Shown here one piece after another: positions 30,030-39,347 of a stretch of 62,883 bases of DNA. The stretch is from positions 12,015-74,897 of the forward strand of contig CAXUEX010000001.1 in the NCBI GenBank assembly GCA_964250215.1, written 5' to 3'. A program made the position numbers and the translations under genes. The notes under the pieces were generated by a model, which worked only from the letters and a program-made list of their open reading frames with translations, made no database searches and was not told the origin of the DNA. Source of the DNA: an uncultured Acetobacteraceae bacterium. Lineage in GTDB: Bacteria; Pseudomonadota; Alphaproteobacteria; Acetobacterales; Acetobacteraceae. Within the stretch, counting starts at the first letter, position 1, and each line of letters opens with the position of its first letter.

Positions 30030-31930
30030 GAGGTGAGCAGTTCCTGCACCGCACGATGCGCCTGGTCGATCGCGCAATCGGTGTAGGCTGCGGCGCCGGA
30101 ATCGGAGTTGGCGATGGCGAGCCGCCCGAAGCGTGCGCGGCCAATTTCGTGCGGCGCTTGGCCGGGCGGCCAGAGCGGATCGAACAGATAATTGTATTCG
30201 TAGGCATAGCCGTGCGGCCAGCGATTCACGGTTATGGCAGTGATGTCGCGCGCCGGATCGAAGCCACCGGGTGCGAGTGCGCGGCCGAGTTGGTCGCGGA
30301 TGTTGCGTTCGAAAGTTTCGAAACTCGTAGCCAGGATATCCGCCCGGCCGATCCGGTGCTGCGACCGCTCGTCGAGTCCTGGCGCGCAGGGGTTGCGCAC
30401 CATCCACACCAGCACGGGCTCGTCCGGCGAGCGCACGCTGACATAGTCGCCGATTGCGGTGCGTGGGTTCAGCCGGAACATCACATGATAGCTGCCGGGC
30501 GCATATATCTCGTAAACGCCCAGCTTCTGGAACGCGCGCCAGTTGCGGATGGCGACGCTGGTATAAACCAGCGGGATTTTCACCAGATAGTGCAACGCAT
30601 CCTTCTGCGGCGCCGGCATTTCCGGGCAGAGATACGGGATCATCATGTTGTAGCAGGCAAGCACGGCGTTTTGCGCCCGCACGCGATAAAGCTTGCCCTG
30701 GCGCGTATAGACGATTTCCACGCCGTCCGCGGTATTGCGCGCGCCCACCACAATGCTGGAAAGCCGGATGCGAACGGAATTGGCGGCCCTGTCGAGTGTT
30801 GAATAATCCAGCGTCGCCGTCACCACATCTTCGGCCGTGCGGCCGGGCAGGGCGGCCGGCACGAGCTTGCGCACGAGCAAGCGGGCGATGCTGGCATTGC
30901 CATCAGGGAAGTGGAAAGTGTAAGATCCGCCATCGGCATAGCCCGATGGCGTGTTGCCCATGCGCGCCGCGGAGCCGGGTGCGAGCTTCATGCCTTGGAA
31001 GCCCGGCTGATCCTGGCCCCAACCGCCGAAACCCCAGATGTCGAGTGCGGAAACCGCATCGGCCCCGACGCCCCATTCCTCCTCGCTGATCGGCTGGAAG
31101 AACGGCACCACGCCGGGATCGCATTTTGCAACGTCGGTCAGGAACTTGATGTAGCTCATGCGGGAGAGCCGGTCTTTTTTCTCGACTGAACTCAGTCCCG
31201 GCATGTAGTCGATGCGGGCTTCCCAGACGCGCGCGATGTCCTGCTTCACGCGATCGCGAAGCGGCGCGCCGGCCAGCACTTCCTGCCAGGGCTTCGATCC
31301 GTAGCCGATGGCAAGATGGTCGGTTCCGAAAGTTCCGCGATCGAAAAAGATGCCGCGCCGCAAACCTTGGGTTTCGTAGAACGATTTGTCAGCGCAGCGC
31401 TTTTCGAGGATCTCGGGTTCGATGCCGAGCTCCTTGAGCAGCCCATCGGCTACGGCGCTGTAAGGGCGCGGGCTGTCGATTTCCAGCGTGCCGCCGTTCA
31501 TCAGCTCTAGGCGGCCGTCCTGGTGGAATTCGTTGCGCTTGGCGTGGCCGCCGAAATCGTCGTGGTTTTCCAGGATCAGGATGCGCGCATCCGGGCGCGC
31601 CGCGCGGTAGAAATGCGCAGCGGCGAGCCCGCTGATGCCGCCGCCCACCACCACCAGATCGTAGCGGTCTTCGCCCGGTTCGGGTTTCGTCGCGCTTTGC
31701 CAAAACGTCCCATCGCGCAACGCATGCGCAGCTTCGAAACTGCCCGGATGACTGCCGCGCAGGCCGGTTAGGGCAGGGGGGTAATAGCCGGGCCGGTCCT
31801 GCGGCGCGCCGCCCACGCGAACCGGCCTCGCCACCGCGGCGGCACCGGCCAACGCCGCGCCGTGCAGGAAATCGCGCCGCTGGATGGGAGTGTCCATGCC
31901 GAGGCGGCGATCGTGCTCCGAGCCGGTCAT
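30026..31930 (-). CDS. Tat-signal FAD-dependent amine oxidoreductase, spermidine dehydrogenase (SpdH)-like
   Basis: [16 protein letters not shown] twin-arginine leader and [18 protein letters not shown]...[17 protein letters not shown] dinucleotide-binding motif. ~620-aa size and polyamine-operon context. The start may be Met12 (31897). Confidence 0.65.
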   Translation of the reverse strand: MTGSEHDRRLGMDTPIQRRDFLHGAALAGAAAVARPVRVGGAPQDRPGYYPPALTGLRGSHPGSFEAAHALRDGTFWQSATKPEPGEDRYDLVVVGGGISGLAAAHFYRAARPDARILILENHDDFGGHAKRNEFHQDGRLELMNGGTLEIDSPRPYSAVADGLLKELGIEPEILEKRCADKSFYETQGLRRGIFFDRGTFGTDHLAIGYGSKPWQEVLAGAPLRDRVKQDIARVWEARIDYMPGLSSVEKKDRLSRMSYIKFLTDVAKCDPGVVPFFQPISEEEWGVGADAVSALDIWGFGGWGQDQPGFQGMKLAPGSAARMGNTPSGYADGGSYTFHFPDGNASIARLLVRKLVPAALPGRTAEDVVTATLDYSTLDRAANSVRIRLSSIVVGARNTADGVEIVYTRQGKLYRVRAQNAVLACYNMMIPYLCPEMPAPQKDALHYLVKIPLVYTSVAIRNWRAFQKLGVYEIYAPGSYHVMFRLNPRTAIGDYVSVRSPDEPVLVWMVRNPCAPGLDERSQHRIGRADILATSFETFERNIRDQLGRALAPGGFDPARDITAITVNRWPHGYAYEYNYLFDPLWPPGQAPHEIGRARFGRLAIANSDSGAAAYTDCAIDQAHRAVQELLTS

Positions 31931-31981
31931 CGCACGATTAGACTACCGCAAAAGCGAAAAGGCCAGGGGTGTCGGCCTGCG

Positions 31982-34321
31982 TCAATCGGTTACCGCGGGA
32001 ATGGGACCGGCGTGTTTTTGCGGCGCGATCAGGTCCATCACACCGATGATTGCCGGCAGCACGATGATCGCGCCCAACATGTTCATCAGGAACATAAAGG
32101 TAAGCAGCAGCCCCATATCCTTTTGAAACTGCAATGGCGAGAACACCCAGGTGGCCACGCCGATCGAAAGCGATAGCCCGGTGAAGATCACGGCGCTGCC
32201 GGTTTCGCGCAGCGTCTGCACATAGGCTGCATCCAGCGTGTAACCACGGCGGATGTAATGGCTCAGCCGCGAGAATTTATAGATGCCGTAATCCACGCCG
32301 ATGCCCACGCCCAGCGCGGTGACGGGAAGCGTGGAAAGCTTCAGCCCGATGCCCAGCGCACTCATCGCCGCGTTGGCAAGGATGGAAACCGCAGCCAGCG
32401 GCAGCACGATGCATATCGCCGCGCGCACCGAGCGGAATACCGCCAGGCAGATCACCACGATCATGCCATAGACCAGGCTCAGCATCGGTATCTGCGCCGC
32501 CTGCACCACTTCGTTCGTCGCGCCGATCACGCCGGCGGTGCCAGCGGCCAAGTCGAGGTGGATGTTGGCATTGCTCGGCGTGCGTTTGAACTGCTCCACG
32601 GTGCGCAGAATGCGCTCGATTGTGCCGGCTTTGTGATCGGTGAGGAAGATGATAAGCGGCATGATGCTGCAATCGTTGTTCGCCAGGCCCGTGGAGACCT
32701 CAAACACCGATCCGTCGCGCCCCAGCACACGCTTGTCGTGCGGCAGGTAGTTGAATTTGGGATTGCCTTCGTTGAACAGCACGTTGGCATCTCGCATCAG
32801 ATGCCCCATGAACAGCGTGCTGCGGACACCGGGCACGCCTTGCAGGCGATAGTTCAGGTCGTCGATGCGCTTTACTGTATTGTAATCCAGGCAGGCGTTG
32901 GCCGGGCCTTCGGCGATCACCTGAAGCACGTCGGTGCCCACCGAGTAATTATCCTGGAAGAACGCGGCATCGCGGTTGTAGCGGCTTTCAGGCCGCAGCT
33001 CTGGCACGCCGATATGCACGTCACCCACCACCGGTTGACCCAGCAGCAGCGCGGCCAGCGCCACCACCAGGGCTACGCCGCCGCAGATGGCGATCGCGTA
33101 GCCCGGGGCGATCAAGATCGCGAGCGCCCGCCAAAAGCCTTCAAAACCTTCCGCGCCGCGGCGTGCCTTTTCCGCATTCTCGGGCGAGATGCGGGCGAAG
33201 CTGGCCAGCACGGGCAGCACCATGAGGTTGGTGAAGAACAGCACGGCGATGCCGATCGCAGCCGTGAGCGCCAGTTCGCGGATAACGGGTACTGGGATGG
33301 TGGTGACGGTGACGAATGTGAGCACCGCGAGCGAAAGCGCTACCGCGCCTGGTTCCAGCAGCCGCCTGAAACTGATGCGCGCGGCCTCCATGGAGGGCTT
33401 GCCTTCGCCCACCAGCCGCACGTTGGATAGCGCGATCTGCACGCCATGGCTTACGCCGATGGCGAGGATCAGGAACGGGATGAGCACCGAAATCGGATCG
33501 ATGCCATAACCCAAGGCTGTGATGATGCCGAGCTGCCACATCACCGCAATCACCGAACAGGCGAGTGCCGCGACAGTGAGATAGAGCGAGCGGGAGACGA
33601 GATAGAGCAGCACCGCGGCCACCGCGAGCGCCACCGCGAAGAAGATCACGATCGCTTGCGCGCCCTGCTCTATGTCGCCCACCGCCTGGGCAAAGCCCAG
33701 AATATGGATGGTGGTGTCCGCGGTATCGTATCTCTGCCGGACGGTGCGATCCAGCTCTTGCGAGAATTTCGCGTAATCCAGCTTGGCGCCAGTATGCGGA
33801 TCGAAATCGTTGAGCTTGGCACTGACCACGGCGCTGCGGAAATTGTTGCCGACCAGCCGGCCGAGAATGCCGGCCTTGTAGATGTCCGCCTTCACCGTCG
33901 CAAAGCCGGCCGCGTTAGGCTGGAATGTGCTCGGGATCACCGGGCCGCCCGAAAACCCGCCTTCCACCACCTCGGCGAACCGTGTGTCCGGCGTGTAGAG
34001 GCTGCTGACATGCGTGCGGTCCACGCCGGGCAGGAAGAAAACGTCGTCGGTAAGGTGCTTGAGCGCATCGAAGAACTTCGGCTGGAAGATGTCGCCGTGC
34101 TTGGCTTCCAGCGCCACGAGCAGGATGTTGCCACCGCCGAATTGCTGCTGCGTGCGTTTGTAGGTGGCGATATAGGCGTTGTGCGACGGCAGCAGCTTGT
34201 CAAACGCCGCATCGGGATGCACGCGCACGGCGAAGAACCCGAGCGCGATGGAAACCAGCGCGAATATCGCGAGGATCTTGCGCCGGTTGCCGAACAGGAA
34301 GTGTTCCAGGGCCGCCATCAT
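31982..34321 (-). CDS. RND-superfamily exporter (MMPL/HpnN-like, 12-TM)
   Basis: 779 aa with two TM bundles separated by large periplasmic loops. Typical partner of DUF1302/YCF48-like genes. ATGA overlap with the upstream gene. Confidence 0.8.
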   Translation of the reverse strand: MMAALEHFLFGNRRKILAIFALVSIALGFFAVRVHPDAAFDKLLPSHNAYIATYKRTQQQFGGGNILLVALEAKHGDIFQPKFFDALKHLTDDVFFLPGVDRTHVSSLYTPDTRFAEVVEGGFSGGPVIPSTFQPNAAGFATVKADIYKAGILGRLVGNNFRSAVVSAKLNDFDPHTGAKLDYAKFSQELDRTVRQRYDTADTTIHILGFAQAVGDIEQGAQAIVIFFAVALAVAAVLLYLVSRSLYLTVAALACSVIAVMWQLGIITALGYGIDPISVLIPFLILAIGVSHGVQIALSNVRLVGEGKPSMEAARISFRRLLEPGAVALSLAVLTFVTVTTIPVPVIRELALTAAIGIAVLFFTNLMVLPVLASFARISPENAEKARRGAEGFEGFWRALAILIAPGYAIAICGGVALVVALAALLLGQPVVGDVHIGVPELRPESRYNRDAAFFQDNYSVGTDVLQVIAEGPANACLDYNTVKRIDDLNYRLQGVPGVRSTLFMGHLMRDANVLFNEGNPKFNYLPHDKRVLGRDGSVFEVSTGLANNDCSIMPLIIFLTDHKAGTIERILRTVEQFKRTPSNANIHLDLAAGTAGVIGATNEVVQAAQIPMLSLVYGMIVVICLAVFRSVRAAICIVLPLAAVSILANAAMSALGIGLKLSTLPVTALGVGIGVDYGIYKFSRLSHYIRRGYTLDAAYVQTLRETGSAVIFTGLSLSIGVATWVFSPLQFQKDMGLLLTFMFLMNMLGAIIVLPAIIGVMDLIAPQKHAGPIPAVTD

Positions 34322-35289
34322 GGCGCGGTATCCTTTCCGGTGGGAAGAGCGAGGCGATGCACCCCGTCCTCGCCAACCGCCAGCAACGCGCCATCGGCGG
34401 TTTCGACCGCGCCGGACAGCGTGGCGCCCGTATTGCTTTCCAAGGGAGCTATGCGATCGGTTGCGGGATCGAACAGCATCGCCAGCCCGTTCGATCCCAC
34501 CATGGCGAGCCTGCCGTCGGCAAGCTTCGTTCCACCGAATATCGAGCGCTCATCGGGCGTGGGCAGCCTTTTCCATCCGGCCACGCCGCGCACCGCCCGG
34601 AACAGGCTGCCGCGAAGGCCAAAACTGTAGAACCGGCCCTGGTTGTCCACGAGGCAGCCGAATTGCGAACCGTCGTATGGCACCGGAATTTTCACCCACG
34701 CTCCACTCTGGCGCAGGAACGCGTGGCCCGCCTCACCGGTGACGAGCAGATCGTCGCCGCGCGCAATGGCGCAGTTCAGATGGTAATCGTCATCGAGATC
34801 GGGGATTTTTCCGGCCGTCCAGTGCGTCCCGTCGGTGGTCTCCAGCGTGATGTTGTAGGCGCCGCTCGTGAACAGGTGCGAGGGGCCGAGCAGAGCCACG
34901 GTGAACAGCGCTTGGTCGCTATCGGCGGCCACATGCTGCTCCGTCCAGTTTTCGCCGCCATCGCCGGTGTGCTCCACGCGCTCATCCTGTCCCACCGCCC
35001 AACCTTCGCGGGGAGAGGTGAACAGCACAGCGGTAAGCAGCTCGGCGGTGGCAGCATGGCGCAACCGCCAAGTGTGGCCGTTATCGTCGGAAAGCAGCAC
35101 CTGGCCGCGATCGCCGACCGCCACCAGCCGGTCGCCGGCCCGCGCGGCGCCGAGCAGCAACCCGTGCGAGGCGCGCCAGAGCGGCGTATCATGGTCGGCG
35201 CTCGCCGCCGCGCCGCCGGCAAACAGGGCGGCGAAGACGAGGCCGGCCGCGCGGCCGCTATGGCGCGCGCGGCACTTGCCGTGCGGCAA
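34318..35289 (-). CDS. YCF48-like / BNR-type beta-propeller protein
   Basis: Signal-like N-terminus. Repeated ...VGDRGQVLLSDDNGHTW..., ...HTGDGGENW... and TTDGTHW blades. Confidence 0.75.
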   Translation of the reverse strand: MPHGKCRARHSGRAAGLVFAALFAGGAAASADHDTPLWRASHGLLLGAARAGDRLVAVGDRGQVLLSDDNGHTWRLRHAATAELLTAVLFTSPREGWAVGQDERVEHTGDGGENWTEQHVAADSDQALFTVALLGPSHLFTSGAYNITLETTDGTHWTAGKIPDLDDDYHLNCAIARGDDLLVTGEAGHAFLRQSGAWVKIPVPYDGSQFGCLVDNQGRFYSFGLRGSLFRAVRGVAGWKRLPTPDERSIFGGTKLADGRLAMVGSNGLAMLFDPATDRIAPLESNTGATLSGAVETADGALLAVGEDGVHRLALPTGKDTAP

Positions 35290-35290
35290 C

Positions 35291-37264
35291 TCAGAACTCG
35301 TAGGAGAGCGCGGCGGAGACGAAATCGCGATCGATCAGGCCGTAGAACTTGCCGCCATCGAAAACCGGAAAGTGGTTGGTGTATTGCACGTTGAGGCTCC
35401 AGGCCTGCAGATAGGTGAAGGTTGCCCCCACACTAGCCGCCGCCGTGTTCTCTTGCCAGACATTCGCGCCGACCGGGCTGGTGCCGAGGAAATCGTGCTG
35501 CAGCGAGATCTGCGGCTTCATGTCGATGCCGTAGGGCAGCACGTTCGGCATATCGACGATGAGCTGCACCGTGTAGGCGCCGGCGGTCTGCGTCGCCAGG
35601 CCCTTGCGGCTGATCGGGTAGGTCTGGTTCACCGTAGCGCCTAGCGTGAAGGCCGAATTGGTGTCGGTAGAATAAGAGCTGTTCAGAATGCCGCGATCGC
35701 GCGGGAAATCGTGCACATAGTCGAGGCCGATTTCGCCCACGAGCACGACGCTGTTCACATACAGTTCGGGAATCGAATTCCAGAGCTTCGTGCCCGTCAC
35801 CTGGAACTGGCTGACGGGATAGCGCTTCCAGCCATTGATGATCTGATTGAAGCCCGGAACGCCGCCATTCGCCAAGATCGTGGGATCCGTGCGCGCCGCA
35901 TTGCAGACGAAATTGCTCACCGCACTGGCCAGCGCCGAATTGTTGATCTCGCACACGGCCGGGCTGTCGGCCTGCAGCGTCAGGTCGGAGGACGCGAGCT
36001 GGAGCGGCTGGTTGAGGCGGTTGGAATACTCTCCCTGGATGGCAACGCCGCCGGGCGCATTAAAGTTGAAGCTGGCGCCGATCAGATGGATGTCCTTCGG
36101 ATAATCGGCAAAGAACGAGGCGGTCGCATTATAGGTGTTCTTGGCGTATTGAATGCCCGGCCCAAGCAGCGAAGTGAACGGATTGGGCAGCACCTGCGTA
36201 TTCGGCAGCCCGAGCGCGCCCGGGCTGATATTCGCCGAGCCGGAGCGATACGATCCGAACGGAGTGCGGCTATCGTAATTTTCGAAGTAGAGGCCGAACT
36301 CGGCATCGCCCAATTGCGGCACGGTTTTTCGCAGTGCCACGCCGAACTCGTCGAGCCCGGTCGGATGCCGGTCCAGGCTGCGGTTGATGGCGCCTCCGAA
36401 CACCACGTTCTTGGCCAGGCTTGCGGCATAGATGCTGCGATACGCATCCGGCAGGAAGCTGTAGAGCACGCCGTAGCGGCCGCCATCGAGCAGCGTATCG
36501 TTATTTCCAAAGAATGAACCCACGGGTTCCAGCCGGTCGCGCGTCCACACCGGCTGCCAGAACGCCTCGATGTTCAGATCGGGGACAATTTCGGTTTTCA
36601 CATCCAGCACCGGAATCGGCAGAAAGCCGTTGCGCAGCTCGGAACCCGGCGTGCGCAGCGCGGTGACGTCGATCGGATTGATCGAATTGATACCGAACTG
36701 GATAAACGTGCTCTCGCCCCAGTTCAGCGCCTGGTTGCCGACGCGGATATCAAAGGCGTGGCCGAAAATTTCCGGCCGCGCGAACACATAGGCGTCCAGC
36801 AGCCGCAGATCGGCGCCGATATCGCGCACCGCAGCGCGGGATAGCGGGAAACGCGCCCCCTGCACGTCGCTGTCGATCACCGGATCGTAAAAACCGGTGG
36901 CGCGCACGAACAGGCCGTAATCGTCGTGCTTGATCTGCAGTTCGGTGGTGATGCGCTGCTGCGCCGCCACCGGGCCGCCCGGCCGGTAATTCAGCGTGCC
37001 GTTATCCGAATTCGGCAATGGAAACTGACCGCCATTGATAACGCCAACGAAACGGGGATCGATGTCGGAGGTGCGCAGGTCCACGCCCGAGGTGAGCGTC
37101 GTATCCAGGCTGACTTCGTATTCGCCCACCTGCGTTTCAAACGCGCGGGCGCCCCCCGCCGCGAGAAGGCCGATCGCCGCCGCGCCTGCTAATAGCGCGC
37201 GCCTGCTGCCACTCCGGAACCGTTGATTCACGCTTGCTTTCCTCCCCCTGGAAGCCCGCGGCAT
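35291..37264 (-). CDS. DUF1302 family outer-membrane protein
   Basis: Signal region ...RRALLAGAAAIGLLAAGGARAFE. GEYEVSLDTTLTSGVDLR, PNSDNGTLNY and the C-terminal ...SAALSYEF beta-barrel terminus. Start taken at Met23 of the track ORF. Confidence 0.75.
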   Translation of the reverse strand: MPRASRGRKASVNQRFRSGSRRALLAGAAAIGLLAAGGARAFETQVGEYEVSLDTTLTSGVDLRTSDIDPRFVGVINGGQFPLPNSDNGTLNYRPGGPVAAQQRITTELQIKHDDYGLFVRATGFYDPVIDSDVQGARFPLSRAAVRDIGADLRLLDAYVFARPEIFGHAFDIRVGNQALNWGESTFIQFGINSINPIDVTALRTPGSELRNGFLPIPVLDVKTEIVPDLNIEAFWQPVWTRDRLEPVGSFFGNNDTLLDGGRYGVLYSFLPDAYRSIYAASLAKNVVFGGAINRSLDRHPTGLDEFGVALRKTVPQLGDAEFGLYFENYDSRTPFGSYRSGSANISPGALGLPNTQVLPNPFTSLLGPGIQYAKNTYNATASFFADYPKDIHLIGASFNFNAPGGVAIQGEYSNRLNQPLQLASSDLTLQADSPAVCEINNSALASAVSNFVCNAARTDPTILANGGVPGFNQIINGWKRYPVSQFQVTGTKLWNSIPELYVNSVVLVGEIGLDYVHDFPRDRGILNSSYSTDTNSAFTLGATVNQTYPISRKGLATQTAGAYTVQLIVDMPNVLPYGIDMKPQISLQHDFLGTSPVGANVWQENTAAASVGATFTYLQAWSLNVQYTNHFPVFDGGKFYGLIDRDFVSAALSYEF

Positions 37265-37484
37265 CTGTGGCCGGCGTGGCGAACAACCTTCTTTCGGCTT
37301 TAGGGTGCGCACTCTAACTGCGTCAAGCAAGTCACGGTGGGACGTTACACGTTGGCCACAGTGCGCCCGCGCCTGGGGCCCAGGCTGGGTGGCTTCTCCC
37401 GCTGGCTCCGTGTTGCGGCCAGTCTCGACAAGCGCCTAGCCCTGCCCCACCTTCCGGCGCGACCCTATCGGAGACGCCATCCGC

Positions 37485-38156
37485 ATGATCCCCCTGAACC
37501 GGCGACTGCAAGACGAGCCGGAGCACGATCCCGAAGTGCCGGAGCCGATCGGCCCCGAGCCGCGGGAGCCAGACGAAAACCGCACGCTTTCCAGCCCGAT
37601 CAACGAGCTGGAAAGCCGGCTGCTGAAGCAGCGCAAGGTGCTGATTTTCGGCGCGATCAACGACCGTGTGGCGCGCGACGTCACCGGAAGGCTGCTTGCG
37701 CTTGCCAGCGCCAGCGCCGACCCGATCGATGTGTACGTGAACTCGCCCGGCGGCCATGTGGAGAGCGGCGACACGATCCACGACATGATCCGGTTCGTGG
37801 ATGCCGAGGCACCGGTACGCATGATCGGCACGGGATGGGTGGCCAGCGCCGGCGCGTTGATCTTCCTAGCCGGCAGGAAGGAACGCCGGTTCTGCCTGCC
37901 GAAGACCCGTTTTCTGCTGCACCAGCCGATGGGCGGCGTGCGCGGGCCGGCCGTGGACATCGCCATCGAGGCGCGGGAGATCGTGAAGATGCGGGAGCGG
38001 CTGAACCGGCTGATCGCGACCGAGACCGGGCAGGCCTACGAGAAAGTGGCTAAGGATACCGACCGTAATTACTGGATGAGCGCCGAGGAGGCGATCACCT
38101 ACGGCATGGTGGGCAGTATTATCTCGAGCATGAAGCAGTTGCCTCTGGCGGCATAA
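37485..38156 (+). CDS. ClpP-family protease paralogue (orphan; Ser-His-Asn at triad positions)
   Basis: YVNSPGGHV, GWVASAG (Ser) and LLHQP (His) align without gaps to E. coli ClpP. DTDRNYWMSAEEA places Asn where Asp171 sits. Pro/Glu-rich N-terminal extension of ~45 aa. No clpX or clpA nearby. Confidence 0.85.
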   Translation: MIPLNRRLQDEPEHDPEVPEPIGPEPREPDENRTLSSPINELESRLLKQRKVLIFGAINDRVARDVTGRLLALASASADPIDVYVNSPGGHVESGDTIHDMIRFVDAEAPVRMIGTGWVASAGALIFLAGRKERRFCLPKTRFLLHQPMGGVRGPAVDIAIEAREIVKMRERLNRLIATETGQAYEKVAKDTDRNYWMSAEEAITYGMVGSIISSMKQLPLAA

Positions 38157-38205
38157 GCCTGCGCCGGCGGCAGGGCGAGTTGCCCCGACCGCCGGCTTTT
38201 ATGCA

Positions 38206-38415
38206 TCAGGTCCGGACGCTGCCCCTGAGCGCGGGTGGGTCGCTCGCCGGGAAGCTCTCGCGACTGGCTTCGTCGACTCGCTCGTCTGGCGTCTCGTCGA
38301 AATCTTCCTCGTCGTCCTCTTCGTCCTCACCTTCGTCGTCGATCTCGTCGTCGGGGTCGTTGTCCTCGATCTCGTTGTCTTCGGGCTCTTCTTGGGTCTC
38401 ACGGGTGCCGCTCAT
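38206..38415 (-). CDS. small hyper-acidic protein with C-terminal SFPASDPP motif
   Basis: 69 aa starting at MSGTRETQ, with AGGAG 6 nt upstream. The central ~45 aa are almost entirely D/E. The C-terminus is ...RESFPASDPPALRG. Confidence 0.55.
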   Translation of the reverse strand: MSGTRETQEEPEDNEIEDNDPDDEIDDEGEDEEDDEEDFDETPDERVDEASRESFPASDPPALRGSVRT

Positions 38416-38443
38416 CTCGATCTCCTGCATGGCGCCCGTGGGC

Positions 38444-38468
38444 AACGCAGCCGCGCAAGGCGGTTTCC
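38444..38468 (-). promoter_or_regulatory. possible EcfG-type (general stress response) promoter
   Basis: The reverse strand reads GGAAAC-N15-CGTT just upstream of the acidic small ORF. The alphaproteobacterial EcfG consensus is GGAAC-N16/17-CGTT. Confidence 0.3.
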
Positions 38469-38484
38469 TTTGAGCGAGCTTCGT

Positions 38485-39156
38485 TCAAGACGGGGAGACG
38501 ATCGCCATCACCGTCTCGCCGCCCACTGCGATCTGGCCGGGTGACACGAGGGGGGTGATGCCTTCCGGCAGGTAAAGGTCGGTGCGGCTGCCGAAGCGGA
38601 TTAGCCCGAAGCGGTCCCCGGCCGCGAGCGTGTCGCGCTCGCGCGGCTCGCAGACGATGCGGCGGGCCACGAGGCCGGCGATCTGCACCACGGCCAGCGT
38701 GCCGCCGCCGGGCAGCGCGATGGCGAGGGCGTTGCGCTCGTTGGTCTCGCTCGCCTTGTCGAGGCTCGCATCGAGGAAGCGGCCCGCGCGATAGGCGATG
38801 CGCATCACGGTGCCGTTGGCCGGCACGCGGTTGATGTGAACATCAATGATGGAGAGAAAAGTGGCGATCCTCCAGCGCGGCGCCTCGCCCAGGCCCAGCT
38901 CCGGCGGCGGCGCGGCCATGACGATAGAAACGATGTGACCGTCAGCCGGCGCCAGGATCGCGCCCGGCAGGGGCGGCACCACCCGTTCCGGGTCGCGGAA
39001 GAAGAAGGCGCAGAATGCCGCGAAGCCGAGCCCCGCGGCGGCGACGGCCGGGTGCAGGAACAGCCCCGCCGCGGCAAGCCCAAGCCCCCCGGCAATGAAG
39101 GGCATCCCGGCCCGGTGCGGCCGAGCCAGCACGAGCCGCCAAGAAGAAAGCGCCAT
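38485..39156 (-). CDS. psd: phosphatidylserine decarboxylase proenzyme (short alphaproteobacterial type)
   Basis: FFRDPERV, LDKASE.NERN, VVQIAGLVARRI and GLIRFGSRTDLYLP (the G-S self-cleavage site). Start at MALSSW (39156) is uncertain; the upstream ORF extension runs into an AT-rich repeat. Confidence 0.85.
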   Translation of the reverse strand: MALSSWRLVLARPHRAGMPFIAGGLGLAAAGLFLHPAVAAAGLGFAAFCAFFFRDPERVVPPLPGAILAPADGHIVSIVMAAPPPELGLGEAPRWRIATFLSIIDVHINRVPANGTVMRIAYRAGRFLDASLDKASETNERNALAIALPGGGTLAVVQIAGLVARRIVCEPRERDTLAAGDRFGLIRFGSRTDLYLPEGITPLVSPGQIAVGGETVMAIVSPS

Positions 39157-39196
39157 GACAAGGCGGATGGGTGTCGCCGCGGTCCGGGTCAAGTTC

Positions 39197-39277
39197 ACGA
39201 AAGTTTCCTTGCTTCTTTCTTTCAATAAAGAAGGATTTTGGATTTTTTTAAAAAAAGAACCAAGAGGCTTTGATTCG
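39197..39277. repeat. AT-rich palindromic repeat, copy D (degenerate, composite)
   Basis: CGAAAGTTTCCTTGCTTCTTTCTTTCAATAAAGAAGG, then T7A7 (39243..39256), then an inverted partial left module GAACCAAGAGGCTTTGA. Lies in the divergent psd/glmU intergenic region. Confidence 0.55.
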
Positions 39278-39347
39278 TAATTGGGGGTAATCAAACGTGC
39301 GACGTTGCCGGTTGCCGTGGCGCGCGCGGCGCAGGTACAGGGGCGGC

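Noticed and set aside
38240-38400. GA(C/G)-rich tandem-looking DNA repeat
   Set aside because: It is the coding sequence of the Asp/Glu-rich core of the small acidic protein. The periodicity is codon-level low complexity, not a non-coding VNTR or CRISPR-like array.
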